This document shows positions 8,896 through 18,215 of a DNA stretch of 32,000 bases, piece by piece. The DNA comes from Demequinaceae bacterium (GTDB taxonomy: Bacteria; Actinomycetota; Actinomycetes; Actinomycetales; Demequinaceae), in contig OZ252279.1 of the NCBI GenBank assembly GCA_965250005.1, forward strand, positions 1,050,001 through 1,082,000, written 5' to 3'. A program made the position numbers and the translations under genes. Below the pieces are notes generated by a model, which was not told the origin of the DNA, did no database searches, and saw only the letters and a program-made list of their open reading frames with translations. Within the stretch, counting starts at the first letter, position 1. Every line of letters begins with the position of its first letter.

Positions 8896-10455
8896 ATGAC
8901 CGAGACGCACGCAAGCGTTCAAGTAGCCGACAAGACCTTCGCAGACTTCGATATTCGCCGCGAGATAGTCGCCGCGCTCGAAGACAAGGGCATCACCCAC
9001 CCGTTCGCCATCCAGGCGATGACACTCCCCGTCGCGCTCTCCGGCCACGACATCATCGGACAGGCAAAGACCGGAACGGGCAAAACGCTCGGGTTCGGCA
9101 TTCCACTCCTGCACCGCGCAATCGCGCCGGGCGAAGAGGGCTGGGACGAATATGAGTCACAGGGAAAGCCCCAAGCGCTGGTTGTCGCACCCACGCGCGA
9201 ACTGGCCGTGCAGGTCGCCGGCGACCTGGAGGACGCCTCCACCAAGCGCAGTATCCGCATCGCGCAGATCTACGGCGGCCGGGCCTACGAGCCCCAGATC
9301 GACAAACTCCAGAAGGGCGTCGAGGTGGTGGTCGGCACCCCCGGCCGCCTAATCGACCTCATGAACCAAGGTCACCTTGACCTGCGTTTCATCAAGACGG
9401 CAGTCCTCGACGAAGCCGACGAGATGCTCGACCTGGGGTTCCTGCCTGACGTTGAGCGCCTGCTGGGAGCGACGCCCGAAGCGCGCCACACCATGCTGTT
9501 CTCTGCCACCATGCCCGGCGCTATCGTCGCCCTCGCTCGCCGCTACATGACGCAGCCCACCCACATTCGCGCGGCGGATCCAGACGACGACGGCGCTACG
9601 GTCAAGGCCACCACGCAGTGGGTGTACCGCGCCCACGCGATGGACAAGATCGAGGTTCTCGCGCGCATCCTCCAATCCAAGGACCGCGGCCTCACGGTAG
9701 TGTTCGCGCGCACCAAACGCACAGCGGCCAAAGTTGCTGACGAGCTCGCCACCCGAGGCTTCGCCTCCGGCGCGATCCACGGCGATCTGGGCCAAGGCGC
9801 ACGCGAACAAGCCCTGCGCGCTTTCCGCACCGGCAAGATTGACGTGCTGGTCGCCACGGACGTCGCCGCCCGTGGCATCGACGTTGACGACGTCACCCAC
9901 GTCATCAACTACCAGTGCCCGGAGGACGAAAAGATCTACCTGCACCGCATCGGCCGCACGGGCCGCGCGGGCAAGACGGGCATCGCCATCACCTTCGTCG
10001 ATTGGGACGACACTCCTCGATGGGGCCTCATCAACAAAGCCCTCGACCTCGGGTACCCCGAGCCCGAGGAGACCTATTCGAATTCGCCCCACCTCTACGC
10101 CGAGCTTGAGATCCCCGAAGGCACGACCGGGCGCCTCCCACGCGACAAGCGCACCCGCGAGGGGCTCGGAAGTGAAGTTGTCGAAGACCTCGGCGAGACC
10201 GGCAAGAAGCCGGCCGGTGGACGCGACGGAAATCGTGGCGGACGTGGAGACGGTGGCGGCGGTCGCAATCGCAGCGGGCGCGGCTCTGGTGGATCCGGTC
10301 GCTCGGGCGGTTCGGGTCGTTCCGGCGGGTCAGGAAGCTCGAGCGGCGAATCACGTCCTGGATCTAACAAGCCGCGGTCCGAGGGTGGCGGTCTGCGTCG
10401 TTCCCGCAACCGACGTCGCACCGGCGGCGGCTCCGCCACACCTGCATCGGAATAG
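8896..10455 (+). CDS. DEAD-box ATP-dependent RNA helicase with Gly/Ser/Arg-rich C-terminal tail
   Basis: GQAKTGTGKT, PTRELAVQV, VLDEADEMLDLGF, FSATMP, HRIGRTGRAG. Start MTETHASVQ at 8896. Confidence 0.95.
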   Translation: MTETHASVQVADKTFADFDIRREIVAALEDKGITHPFAIQAMTLPVALSGHDIIGQAKTGTGKTLGFGIPLLHRAIAPGEEGWDEYESQGKPQALVVAPTRELAVQVAGDLEDASTKRSIRIAQIYGGRAYEPQIDKLQKGVEVVVGTPGRLIDLMNQGHLDLRFIKTAVLDEADEMLDLGFLPDVERLLGATPEARHTMLFSATMPGAIVALARRYMTQPTHIRAADPDDDGATVKATTQWVYRAHAMDKIEVLARILQSKDRGLTVVFARTKRTAAKVADELATRGFASGAIHGDLGQGAREQALRAFRTGKIDVLVATDVAARGIDVDDVTHVINYQCPEDEKIYLHRIGRTGRAGKTGIAITFVDWDDTPRWGLINKALDLGYPEPEETYSNSPHLYAELEIPEGTTGRLPRDKRTREGLGSEVVEDLGETGKKPAGGRDGNRGGRGDGGGGRNRSGRGSGGSGRSGGSGRSGGSGSSSGESRPGSNKPRSEGGGLRRSRNRRRTGGGSATPASE

Positions 10456-10460
10456 TCGAG

Positions 10461-11300
10461 TCAAGTAGCGTCGTCGCGTCCAGCAAAGGCACGTAAGCGC
10501 GCAAAGTTCTCTAGAGTCGTCAGGTTCTCTCCCAAAACGTTCTGCTTTCCAGTCCCGTGATAGTCGCTCGCCCCGGTCCTGATCAATTCGAGCGAACCAG
10601 CTATTCGTTCCAGACGAGTGCGTTGAAACTCGGAGTGATCACGATGGTCTATCTCGATTCCGACCATGCCCGCTTTGGCCATTCCTTCGATCACAGACAT
10701 CGGGACCACGCGGCCGCGGCCGTCGGCCCCGGGGTGAGCGAAGACTGGAACCCCTCCCGACGCGCGGAGCGCCCGCACCGCGTCCCGAACCTCGGGCGCG
10801 TAGTGCGGGACAAAATAGCGTGAATCGCTGCCGAGGATTTCAACAAAGGCGGCGTCACGGCTGGGCACGAGCCCGGCCGTAACCAGAGCGTCAGCAATGT
10901 GCGGCCGTCCCACAGTTTCTGAGCCCGCTGCTTGGGCAGCGACTTGCTCCCAACGGAGCGGGTAGTCAACGGCGACCTTGGCAACAATCTCCTTGGCGCG
11001 ATCGACGCGGGCTTCCCGGGTGTTCGCCATCATCGCGGCAACGTCGTCATGCGCAGGGTCCGGCCAGTAACCAAGCAGGTGAATGCTGACTCCCCTGTGG
11101 CGACACGACACCTCGACTCCGGGTACAAACTCAATGCCCACCTCGGTCGCGGCCGCGGCGGCCTCGTCCCAGCCCGCAAGCGAATCGTGGTCGGTGAGTG
11201 CGAACACGTCCAACCCCGCCGCCGCCGCAGCGCGCGCCACATCCGCAGGTGACTCGGTTCCGTCCGAAACCGTCGAGTGGGTGTGGAGGTCGATGCGCAC
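10461..11300 (-). CDS. PHP domain phosphoesterase
   Basis: RIDLHTHSTVSDG, ALTDHDSLAGW, PGVEVS, VFAHPG, TGASDYHG. GTG start at 11300 is favoured by TAGGCT-N6 upstream (11303 is the track alternative). Confidence 0.9.
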   Translation of the reverse strand: MRIDLHTHSTVSDGTESPADVARAAAAAGLDVFALTDHDSLAGWDEAAAAATEVGIEFVPGVEVSCRHRGVSIHLLGYWPDPAHDDVAAMMANTREARVDRAKEIVAKVAVDYPLRWEQVAAQAAGSETVGRPHIADALVTAGLVPSRDAAFVEILGSDSRYFVPHYAPEVRDAVRALRASGGVPVFAHPGADGRGRVVPMSVIEGMAKAGMVGIEIDHRDHSEFQRTRLERIAGSLELIRTGASDYHGTGKQNVLGENLTTLENFARLRAFAGRDDAT

Positions 11301-11343
11301 CACGCCAGCCTACGGGGCGGCGGCTGGCGGCTATTCTGAGCGG

Positions 11344-11907
11344 GTGACTCCGAGCCCCGTGCACCGACACTTCACATTTGTGCTCGCGAGTTCTCGTGCG
11401 GGAAGCAATTCGGAAGACATGGCTCGCGCGGCCGCGGCCGGCTTGCCTGCCGGAACCGCGCAGACCTGGCTGGATCTCGCGAGATTCGCTCTCGGGCCAT
11501 TCATCGACACGCGGCACGAGGGCGACGGCATCTACCCGGCTCCGGAAGGCGCGGCCGCAACCCTGCTGGGTGCGACGCTCGCGGCCACAGACCTGGTGCT
11601 GGTGACGCCGCTGTACTGGTACACGGTGTCCGCTCCCGCCAAGCTCTACCTCGACCACTGGGCCGGCTGGCTGCGCGTTCCCGGCGCGAACTTCCGCGCC
11701 ACGATGGCGGGACGCAGCATGTGGGCGGTATCGTCTGCGTCGACGGCGGAAGAGCGCGAGATCGCGCCGTTGCTGAGCACCGTCGAGATGAGCGCCGAGT
11801 ACATGCGGATGCGCTGGCGCGGAGCGCTCGTCGGACACGCTTCGAAGCCTGGCGAAGCCATGCAGCAGCCCGGAATGGCGCAGCGCGCCGCCACATTTTT
11901 CAACTAA
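11344..11907 (+). CDS. Flavodoxin-like/NADPH-dependent FMN reductase family protein
   Basis: HFTFVLASSRAGSNSEDMARAAA...ATDLVLVTPLYWYTVSAPAKLYLDHWAGWL. GTG start at 11344 favoured over the track start at 11083, which would overlap the PHP gene. Confidence 0.8.
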   Translation: MTPSPVHRHFTFVLASSRAGSNSEDMARAAAAGLPAGTAQTWLDLARFALGPFIDTRHEGDGIYPAPEGAAATLLGATLAATDLVLVTPLYWYTVSAPAKLYLDHWAGWLRVPGANFRATMAGRSMWAVSSASTAEEREIAPLLSTVEMSAEYMRMRWRGALVGHASKPGEAMQQPGMAQRAATFFN

Positions 11908-11961
11908 GCTCGCGGCGCGGTGGCGCCCTGCCCCCGCGTCGCGCCGTGAGACGATTGACCG

Positions 11962-13350
11962 ATGAGCGACTCCGCAGGCACGCAGCGGGAAGACACCAAC
12001 ACGACGCGCGATACTCGCCCCAACTCAGACGAGTTCAAGGTGTTCATCGCCAGCAAGTGGGCGGATTCCGGGCGCCTCGCCTCGACCGTCAACGCCGCCG
12101 CGCCTTACGCCGCGATCCGCCGGCTGCGGCTGTCTGCACGCTTTCCTGACACCCGGATCGTCGCTCCCGCGGGCGCCCTCAAGCAGCGCTCGAACGACAC
12201 GGACTATCGCTTCCGACCTCACAGCGACTTTGCGTACCTGACGGGGCTCGGCGCGGACCACGAACCCGGTGCCGTGCTTGTGATGACGCCGCGCGGCGGC
12301 GGTCACGACTCCGTGCTCTACGTGGTTCCGCCGTCGGGAAGGACAGACGAGGGCTTTTACTCTGACTCGCGAACCGGCGAGTTTTGGATAGGGCGACGGC
12401 CGGTTCCCGCAGATTTCGAGGCGATGACGGGCCTCCCGACCAAGCCGCTCAAGGAGCTGCCGGGTGGAATCCGGCTCGCAAGCCACCCGACCAAGGCCGT
12501 TGTCCGCGCCTTGTCCGAGATGCGCATGGTCAAGGATGAGTTCGAGATCAGCCAGATTCGCGAAGCCGTCGACGCCACCATTGCTGGCTTCGATCGGGTG
12601 GTACGCGAGCTGCCCCGGGCGATCGATCACAAGCGCGGTGAGCGGGTGGTGGAGGCCACCTTCGACGGCCACGCCCGCGAAGAGGGCAACGCCGTCGGAT
12701 ATGAGACCATCGCCGCTTCCGGCGACCACGCCACCACACTCCACTGGATCCGCAACGACGGCGAGATCCGCGTAGGCGACCTCCTCCTGTTAGATGCGGG
12801 CGTGGAAGTCGAGAGCCTCTACACGGCCGACATCACCCGGACAATTCCCGTATCTGGCGAGTTCACCGACGTTCAGCGCCGCGTCTACGACGTAGTTCTC
12901 GAAGCTGCTGACGCGGCCTTCGGCGCTGCGCGGCCGGGCGTCAAGTTCCGTGCGATCCATGACGCGGCGATGGAGGTGATCGAATCGCGCTTGACGGACT
13001 GGGGAATTGTCCCGGCATCGGACGACCCGGACTCCAAGCTCTACCGGCGCTGGATGGTGCACTCGACGTCACACCATCTCGGACTCGACGTCCACGACTG
13101 CGCCCAAGCCAAACGAGATATGTACCTCGATGGACTGCTCCAGCCAGGCATGGTCTTTACGATCGAGCCCGGCCTCTATTTCAAGGCCGACGACCTCGCT
13201 GTGCCCACGGAACTGCGCGGCATCGGCATCCGCATTGAGGATGACGTCCTGGTGACGGCAGACGGCGTGGAGAATCTGTCGGCAGCCCTCCCCCGTGTGC
13301 CCGAAGACGTGGAGTCATGGCTCCGCGGGTTTAGCTCCGCCCGCAGATAG
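11962..13350 (+). CDS. pepP: Xaa-Pro aminopeptidase (M24B)
   Basis: N-terminal SDFAYLTGLG; metal-binding motifs LLLDAGVEVESLYTADITRTIPVSG, HSTSHHLGLDVHD, GMVFTIEPGLYF, GIRIEDDVLVT. Confidence 0.92.
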   Translation: MSDSAGTQREDTNTTRDTRPNSDEFKVFIASKWADSGRLASTVNAAAPYAAIRRLRLSARFPDTRIVAPAGALKQRSNDTDYRFRPHSDFAYLTGLGADHEPGAVLVMTPRGGGHDSVLYVVPPSGRTDEGFYSDSRTGEFWIGRRPVPADFEAMTGLPTKPLKELPGGIRLASHPTKAVVRALSEMRMVKDEFEISQIREAVDATIAGFDRVVRELPRAIDHKRGERVVEATFDGHAREEGNAVGYETIAASGDHATTLHWIRNDGEIRVGDLLLLDAGVEVESLYTADITRTIPVSGEFTDVQRRVYDVVLEAADAAFGAARPGVKFRAIHDAAMEVIESRLTDWGIVPASDDPDSKLYRRWMVHSTSHHLGLDVHDCAQAKRDMYLDGLLQPGMVFTIEPGLYFKADDLAVPTELRGIGIRIEDDVLVTADGVENLSAALPRVPEDVESWLRGFSSARR

Positions 13351-13359
13351 GCTGAGCCC

Positions 13360-14640
13360 ATGAGCACGGCAACCGAGCGCGTCTACATCGCGCGCCTGGC
13401 CGGAACTGCGGTCTTCGATCCCATTGGAGACCCTGTTGGCCGGGTGCGAGACGTTGTCATGCTCCTGCGCACCAAGGCGGCTCCGTCAGCGGTTGGACTC
13501 GTGGTGGAAGTGCCGGGCCGTCGGCGCGTCTTCATGCCGCTCACGCGCGTCACCTCGATTGCTGCGGGTCAGGTCATCTGTACGGGCGTGGTAAACCTGC
13601 GCCGGTTTCAAGCCCGCGCAACGGAGACTCTCGCTATCGCCGAGCTCTTTGAGCGCTCCGTCAATCTGAAGGATCGATCCGGCACCGCACTCATCGAGGA
13701 CATCGCCATTGAGCAAACGCGCGCGCGCGCCTGGACTGTCACCAAGCTCTACGTGCGCCGTGACGAGCGACGCAAGGGTCCGTTGGGTATCCCGCGCCGC
13801 GGCGAAGGTCTCGTAGTAGGTATCGACGACGTCACGGGTCTCGCCAAGAAGGATGCCAGCCAGGGAGCCTCGCTCGTCATTCAATCGTTCGCCAACCACA
13901 AACCGGCCGACCTGGCCGCCGCCCTGATGGAGATGTCGCCAGAGCGGTCCGTCGAGATCGCCACGGCGCTCCACGACCACCTGCTCGCGGACGTCATAGA
14001 GGAACTCCCCGAGGACGAGCAGGTGAAGTTGGTTTCGAGCCTCGAGCCCAAGCGCGCCGCGGAGGTGCTCGCCGAGATGGAACCCGACGACGCAGCCGAC
14101 CTCCTTGGCGATTTGCCAGAGCGGGAAGCTGCGGACCTGCTCGAGATGATGCAGCCCGAGGGCGCGCGGCCCGTCCGTCAGTTGCTCGACTATGACGACG
14201 ACGTGGCTGGCGGCCTCATGACGACCTCGCCGGTCATCGTCGGCCCCGAGACCACCATGGCGCAGGCGCTCGCGTTGGTACGTCGCGAGGACATCACGCC
14301 CGCGCTGGCGTCGATGGTGTTCGTGGTGAGGCCTCCCACCGAGACCCCTACTGGGCGCTACCTCGGCCTCGTGCACCTGCAACGCCTCCTTCGCGAGGCC
14401 CCGCACGATCACGTGGGCGATGCGATCGATCCGAGCATCGAGCCACTGTTCGCGAATGATGACTTGTCTGCGGTCGCCCGGCGCATGGCGGCCTACGACA
14501 TCATGGCAGCGCCAGTGGTCAACGAGGACGGCCGGTTGTTGGGTGTGATTTCCGCCGACGACGTCCTGGATCACCTGCTGCCAAACGACTGGCGGGAGCA
14601 CTCCGAGGCGCCTGGGGCAAGGGGAGCCAATAATGGCTGA
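13360..14640 (+). CDS. MgtE_N / CBS-pair cytoplasmic protein with PRC-barrel-like N-terminus, no transmembrane domain
   Basis: MgtE_N features (EEDEQVKLVSSLEPKRAAEVLAEMEPDDAADLLGDLPEREAADLLEMM) followed by a CBS pair; ORF ends right after CBS2. Confidence 0.85.
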   Translation: MSTATERVYIARLAGTAVFDPIGDPVGRVRDVVMLLRTKAAPSAVGLVVEVPGRRRVFMPLTRVTSIAAGQVICTGVVNLRRFQARATETLAIAELFERSVNLKDRSGTALIEDIAIEQTRARAWTVTKLYVRRDERRKGPLGIPRRGEGLVVGIDDVTGLAKKDASQGASLVIQSFANHKPADLAAALMEMSPERSVEIATALHDHLLADVIEELPEDEQVKLVSSLEPKRAAEVLAEMEPDDAADLLGDLPEREAADLLEMMQPEGARPVRQLLDYDDDVAGGLMTTSPVIVGPETTMAQALALVRREDITPALASMVFVVRPPTETPTGRYLGLVHLQRLLREAPHDHVGDAIDPSIEPLFANDDLSAVARRMAAYDIMAAPVVNEDGRLLGVISADDVLDHLLPNDWREHSEAPGARGANNG

Positions 14641-15175
14641 CCGACTGGATCACCCGAAGACCGAAGGCCGCCGATTTGGCTTCGCCCGGCGCCGACGCAC
14701 CGACCGTTTCGGCAAGGGCTCAGAGGCAATCGCTCGCTTCCTCGGCACGCCGCGCTTCCTCATCTACCTGACGATATTTGTGATCCTGTGGCTGGCGTGG
14801 AACTTCTTCGCGCCCGAAGAGTTGCGTTTTGACTCCGCCACATTCGGCTTCACCGCGCTGACGCTGATGCTGTCACTGCAGGCCTCCTACGCGGCGCCGC
14901 TCATTTTGCTCTCGCAGACGCGCCAGGACGACCGCGACAAGGTTGCAGCTGAGCAGGACCGGCAGCGCGCCGAACGGTCGCTGGCGGACACTGAGTACCT
15001 CGCGCGCGAGGTGGCCGCCCTGCGCCACGCTGTCGGCGAGACGGCCACCCGCGACTTCGTCCGCAGCGAACTGCGTACGCTACTGGAGGAACTGAATGCG
15101 ACGTCCGCGGCCGATGCCGAGGAGCCCAAGCCTGCCCCCAACCCGAAGGCGCGCGCCAAGCCAAAGAAGAAATAG
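14633..15175 (+). CDS. DUF1003 membrane protein
   Basis: Two TM helices (LIYLTIFVILWLAWNFF; FTALTLMLSLQASYAAPLILLSQTRQDDRDK) typical of DUF1003. Overlaps the previous stop by 8 bp. Confidence 0.85.
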   Translation: MADRLDHPKTEGRRFGFARRRRTDRFGKGSEAIARFLGTPRFLIYLTIFVILWLAWNFFAPEELRFDSATFGFTALTLMLSLQASYAAPLILLSQTRQDDRDKVAAEQDRQRAERSLADTEYLAREVAALRHAVGETATRDFVRSELRTLLEELNATSAADAEEPKPAPNPKARAKPKKK

Positions 15176-15244
15176 ATACACCTCCGCCGGCACCCGGGAC
15201 TCACGTCTGATTCTGACCGCGTCCGCACCGCCTACCATTGAGGC

Positions 15245-16366
15245 ATGCCCACCGAAACAGCCGTCCGCGATGCACTCGCCGAGGTCATCGACCCAGAGAT
15301 CCGCAGGCCCATTACGGACATCGGCATGGTCCGCTCCGTCGACGTGTCTGCCGAGGGCACTGCGGTGATCGGGATCGACTTGACCACCCAAGCCTGCCCC
15401 ATGAAGGAACGCATTGCGGGTGATGTCGAGGCTGCGGCCAGGACTGTCACCGGAATCACCCACGTGCGGATCGAGCTAGGTGTCATGTCTGACGAACAAC
15501 GTCTCGGACTGCGTTCGCAGTTGCGCGGAGGCAAACCAGACCCGGTCATCACCTTCACCCAGCCGGGCAACATGACCCGCGTGTACGCGATCGCATCCGG
15601 CAAGGGAGGCGTGGGCAAGTCAACCGTGGCAGCAAACGTCGCTGCGGCAATGGCGGCCGACGGGCTCAAGGTTGGTGTGCTCGACGCGGACATCTTTGGA
15701 TTCTCGATCCCCGGCATGCTCGGCATCGAAGGACAGCCGACGCGCCTCGATGACATGCTGCTGCCGCCCATCGCCCACGAGGTGAAGGCCGTGTCGATCG
15801 GCATGTTCGTCCCCGAGGGCCAGCCCGTCGTGTGGCGCGGCCCCATGCTTCACCGCGCGGTCGAGCAGTTTCTCGCCGACGTCTTCTGGGGCGACCTGGA
15901 CGTCCTGTTGCTGGACCTGCCCCCAGGCACCGGCGATGTTGCGATATCGGTTGCGCAGTTGCTGCCGCACGCAGAGATTGTGGTCGTTACTACGCCGCAG
16001 GCGGCCGCGGCCGAGGTCGCGGAACGCGCCGGTGCGGTTGCCGTGCAGACTCAACAGGGTGTCGTCGGCGTCATCGAGAACATGGCGTGGCTTGACCAGG
16101 CGGATGGAACTCGGCTGGAACTGTTTGGTTCTGGCGGTGGAGCACGGGTCGCCGCGAGCCTGAGCGAGACGCTCGGCACATCCGTTCCACTGCTCGGGCA
16201 GATTCCACTGGACATCGTCGCCCGTGAGTCGGGAGATGCGGGAACCCCGGTGGTTATCTCGGATCCGGGTAGTGCCGCCGCCAAAGCGATGCGCGAGATC
16301 GCTACCAAGCTCGCCAGTCGCGAGCGCGGACTCGCCGGCAAGTCCCTAGGCGTAACGCCGGTCTAG
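15245..16366 (+). CDS. mrp: Mrp/NBP35-family ATPase (Fe-S cluster carrier type)
   Basis: N-terminal DUF59/MIP18-like domain (VIDPEIRRPITDIGMV), deviant Walker A GKGGVGKSTVAANVA, LLLDLPPGTGDVAI. Confidence 0.93.
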   Translation: MPTETAVRDALAEVIDPEIRRPITDIGMVRSVDVSAEGTAVIGIDLTTQACPMKERIAGDVEAAARTVTGITHVRIELGVMSDEQRLGLRSQLRGGKPDPVITFTQPGNMTRVYAIASGKGGVGKSTVAANVAAAMAADGLKVGVLDADIFGFSIPGMLGIEGQPTRLDDMLLPPIAHEVKAVSIGMFVPEGQPVVWRGPMLHRAVEQFLADVFWGDLDVLLLDLPPGTGDVAISVAQLLPHAEIVVVTTPQAAAAEVAERAGAVAVQTQQGVVGVIENMAWLDQADGTRLELFGSGGGARVAASLSETLGTSVPLLGQIPLDIVARESGDAGTPVVISDPGSAAAKAMREIATKLASRERGLAGKSLGVTPV

Positions 16367-16404
16367 CCAGCGCGGCCGCCAGCGAGTTCAGCGGGGACGC
16401 AAAC

Positions 16405-16430
16405 GGGGCGCCCGGTTTCCCGGACGCCCC
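16405..16430. terminator. Bidirectional intrinsic-terminator-like hairpin between convergent genes
   Basis: GGGGCG-C-CCGG-TTTC-CCGG-A-CGCCCC stem-loop in the short gap between the mrp stop (16366) and the minus-strand gene stop (16456). No strong U tract. Confidence 0.55.
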
Positions 16431-16455
16431 GCGAACGTACCAGTTTCTACTTGTT

Positions 16456-16878
16456 CTACTTGCCCCAACGCAGCACGATTAGTGCGATTGCAGCAAGGAA
16501 GAGCGCGAACACCGAGACGACCGCATATTCGGGGCTCAACGACGCCACGAATGCGTCGCCGAATGGCTGCGCGCCGTCGTACCCAACTCGGGGGGCAAGG
16601 GCGGCAAGGAAGGTCCCACCCGCTCCAGCGTGCAGCGCCGCAGACCACGAAGCTGCATTTCCGCCATCGGAGAACATTCGAACGACAACTCCCACGACCG
16701 CCGCGAAAATGACAAGAATCAACACCTGAGTAAATGCGTTCGACTCAGAGTCTAGGAGTTGCGCGAAGATGATCGCGACGAGCAGAGTGATGGCCAGCGT
16801 AACCAGAAGTTGCATGGATTGGCTGGACTTGATCTGATCGACAACCGAGGTGTTCGACGACTTCTTGGCTTCCGCCAT
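16456..16878 (-). CDS. Small integral membrane protein of unknown function
   Basis: 140 aa with several hydrophobic helices (MQLLVTLAITLLVAIIFAQLL; VLILVIFAAVVGVVVRMF; YAVVSVFALFLAAIALIVL). AAAGGAG SD before ATG. Confidence 0.75.
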   Translation of the reverse strand: MAEAKKSSNTSVVDQIKSSQSMQLLVTLAITLLVAIIFAQLLDSESNAFTQVLILVIFAAVVGVVVRMFSDGGNAASWSAALHAGAGGTFLAALAPRVGYDGAQPFGDAFVASLSPEYAVVSVFALFLAAIALIVLRWGK

Positions 16879-16991
16879 GGGGATCTCCTTTGATCACAGG
16901 GACCCCCGTTCAGGGGTCTTCCGCCATCATGACACAAGGTAACGAGAAGGTCACGGTAGCCGTCAGCGGGTCCCCCTGACACAATGAGGGA

Positions 16992-18215
16992 GTGAGCACT
17001 GAGGGCGACGCGGCACCACCGCTGTGGAATGAACCGTGGTCACGCGAGGACGGAGAGTCCCACGCCGCGCTCCTCTATGAGTCTGCGTTTGGGCATGCCC
17101 CATCTGGCACATGGTCCGCGCCGGGCCGCGTCAACCTCATTGGCGAACACACTGACTACAACGCCGGGCTCTGTCTGCCTACGATCATTCATCACCGGGC
17201 CTACGTATCGGCAGCGCTGCGATATGACAAGGAACTGCATCTAGTCACCGGGCAGGCAGATGGCGACGGCGGCGAGACGTGGCATGGCCTCATGGACGAC
17301 ATCTCCCACAAGAGCGCGCCTGGCTGGGCAGGATACGCCGCAGGCGTGGTGTGGGCACTCCGTGAGCGCGGCTTCGAGGGCGCAGGCCTCAACATCGCAA
17401 TTGAGTCATGCGTTCCTGTTGACGCTGGCCTGGCCTCGTCCGCCTCCTTGGAGGTCGCGGTGGCTAGAGCGGCCAACGAGTTGTGGCGTCTCGCCCTCGA
17501 CAGCCATCGCGGCCGAGTCGAACTCGCTGAGTCATGCGTGGACGCCGAGAACCTGATAGTCGGCTCCCCCACGGGGGGACTCGATCAGTACACTGCGCTG
17601 TTCTGCAACGACGGCGAGGCGCTCGAGATGGATTTTGCGACCACGCCTCCGACTCTCCGCGACACTCCACTCTACTTCCCCGAATACGGGATGGAGCTAC
17701 TGATTATCGATACCCGCGTCGGGCACAACCATGCCGACGGCAGGTATTCCGACCGATTCACGGAATGCATGGAAGCGGCTCATCAGTTAGGAGCGGCGAA
17801 CCTCCGCGAGGTCGCGGATCAAGGTGACGCCTTGCGGCACGTGAACGGTTTGACTGACGAGACCTTGCGCAAGCGGGCGCGGCACGTGATCAACGAGATC
17901 GACCGCGTTCGCAAAGTCACTGGCGAGCTCTCCGGCACTGGGCCGGCACACGAGCGCCTCGTTGAGGTGGGTGCTCTTCTCACCCGCGGGCACACGTCGC
18001 TCGCCGTCGACTTTGATGCGAGTTGTCCCGAGCTTGACCTTGCCGTCCGTGCGGCGTCTTCTGGGGGCGCGCTCGGGGCGCGAATGGTGGGCGGTGGTTT
18101 CGGCGGCTCAGCGATCGCGCTTGTTCGCAGGGCGCACATGGACGCAACGGCACGCGGGATAGACGCCGCCTTTATTGAAGCGGGCTACGACCGCCCGCAG
18201 TTTCTGCATATGTAG
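16992..18215 (+). CDS. galK: Galactokinase
   Basis: WSAPGRVNLIGEHTDYNAG signature, VPVDAGLASSASLEVAVA, GARMVGGGFGGSAIAL. GTG start. Confidence 0.96.
   Translation: MSTEGDAAPPLWNEPWSREDGESHAALLYESAFGHAPSGTWSAPGRVNLIGEHTDYNAGLCLPTIIHHRAYVSAALRYDKELHLVTGQADGDGGETWHGLMDDISHKSAPGWAGYAAGVVWALRERGFEGAGLNIAIESCVPVDAGLASSASLEVAVARAANELWRLALDSHRGRVELAESCVDAENLIVGSPTGGLDQYTALFCNDGEALEMDFATTPPTLRDTPLYFPEYGMELLIIDTRVGHNHADGRYSDRFTECMEAAHQLGAANLREVADQGDALRHVNGLTDETLRKRARHVINEIDRVRKVTGELSGTGPAHERLVEVGALLTRGHTSLAVDFDASCPELDLAVRAASSGGALGARMVGGGFGGSAIALVRRAHMDATARGIDAAFIEAGYDRPQFLHM

Noticed and set aside
10260-10345. Short direct repeats in the helicase 3' end considered as a repeat array
   Set aside because: In-frame Gly/Ser/Arg codon repeats inside a coding tail; not CRISPR or a mobile repeat.
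13486-14601. 371-aa minus-strand ORF antisense to the MgtE_N/CBS gene
   Set aside because: Arg/His-rich shadow ORF with no recognisable domain, opposite a clear coding gene; expected from high GC.
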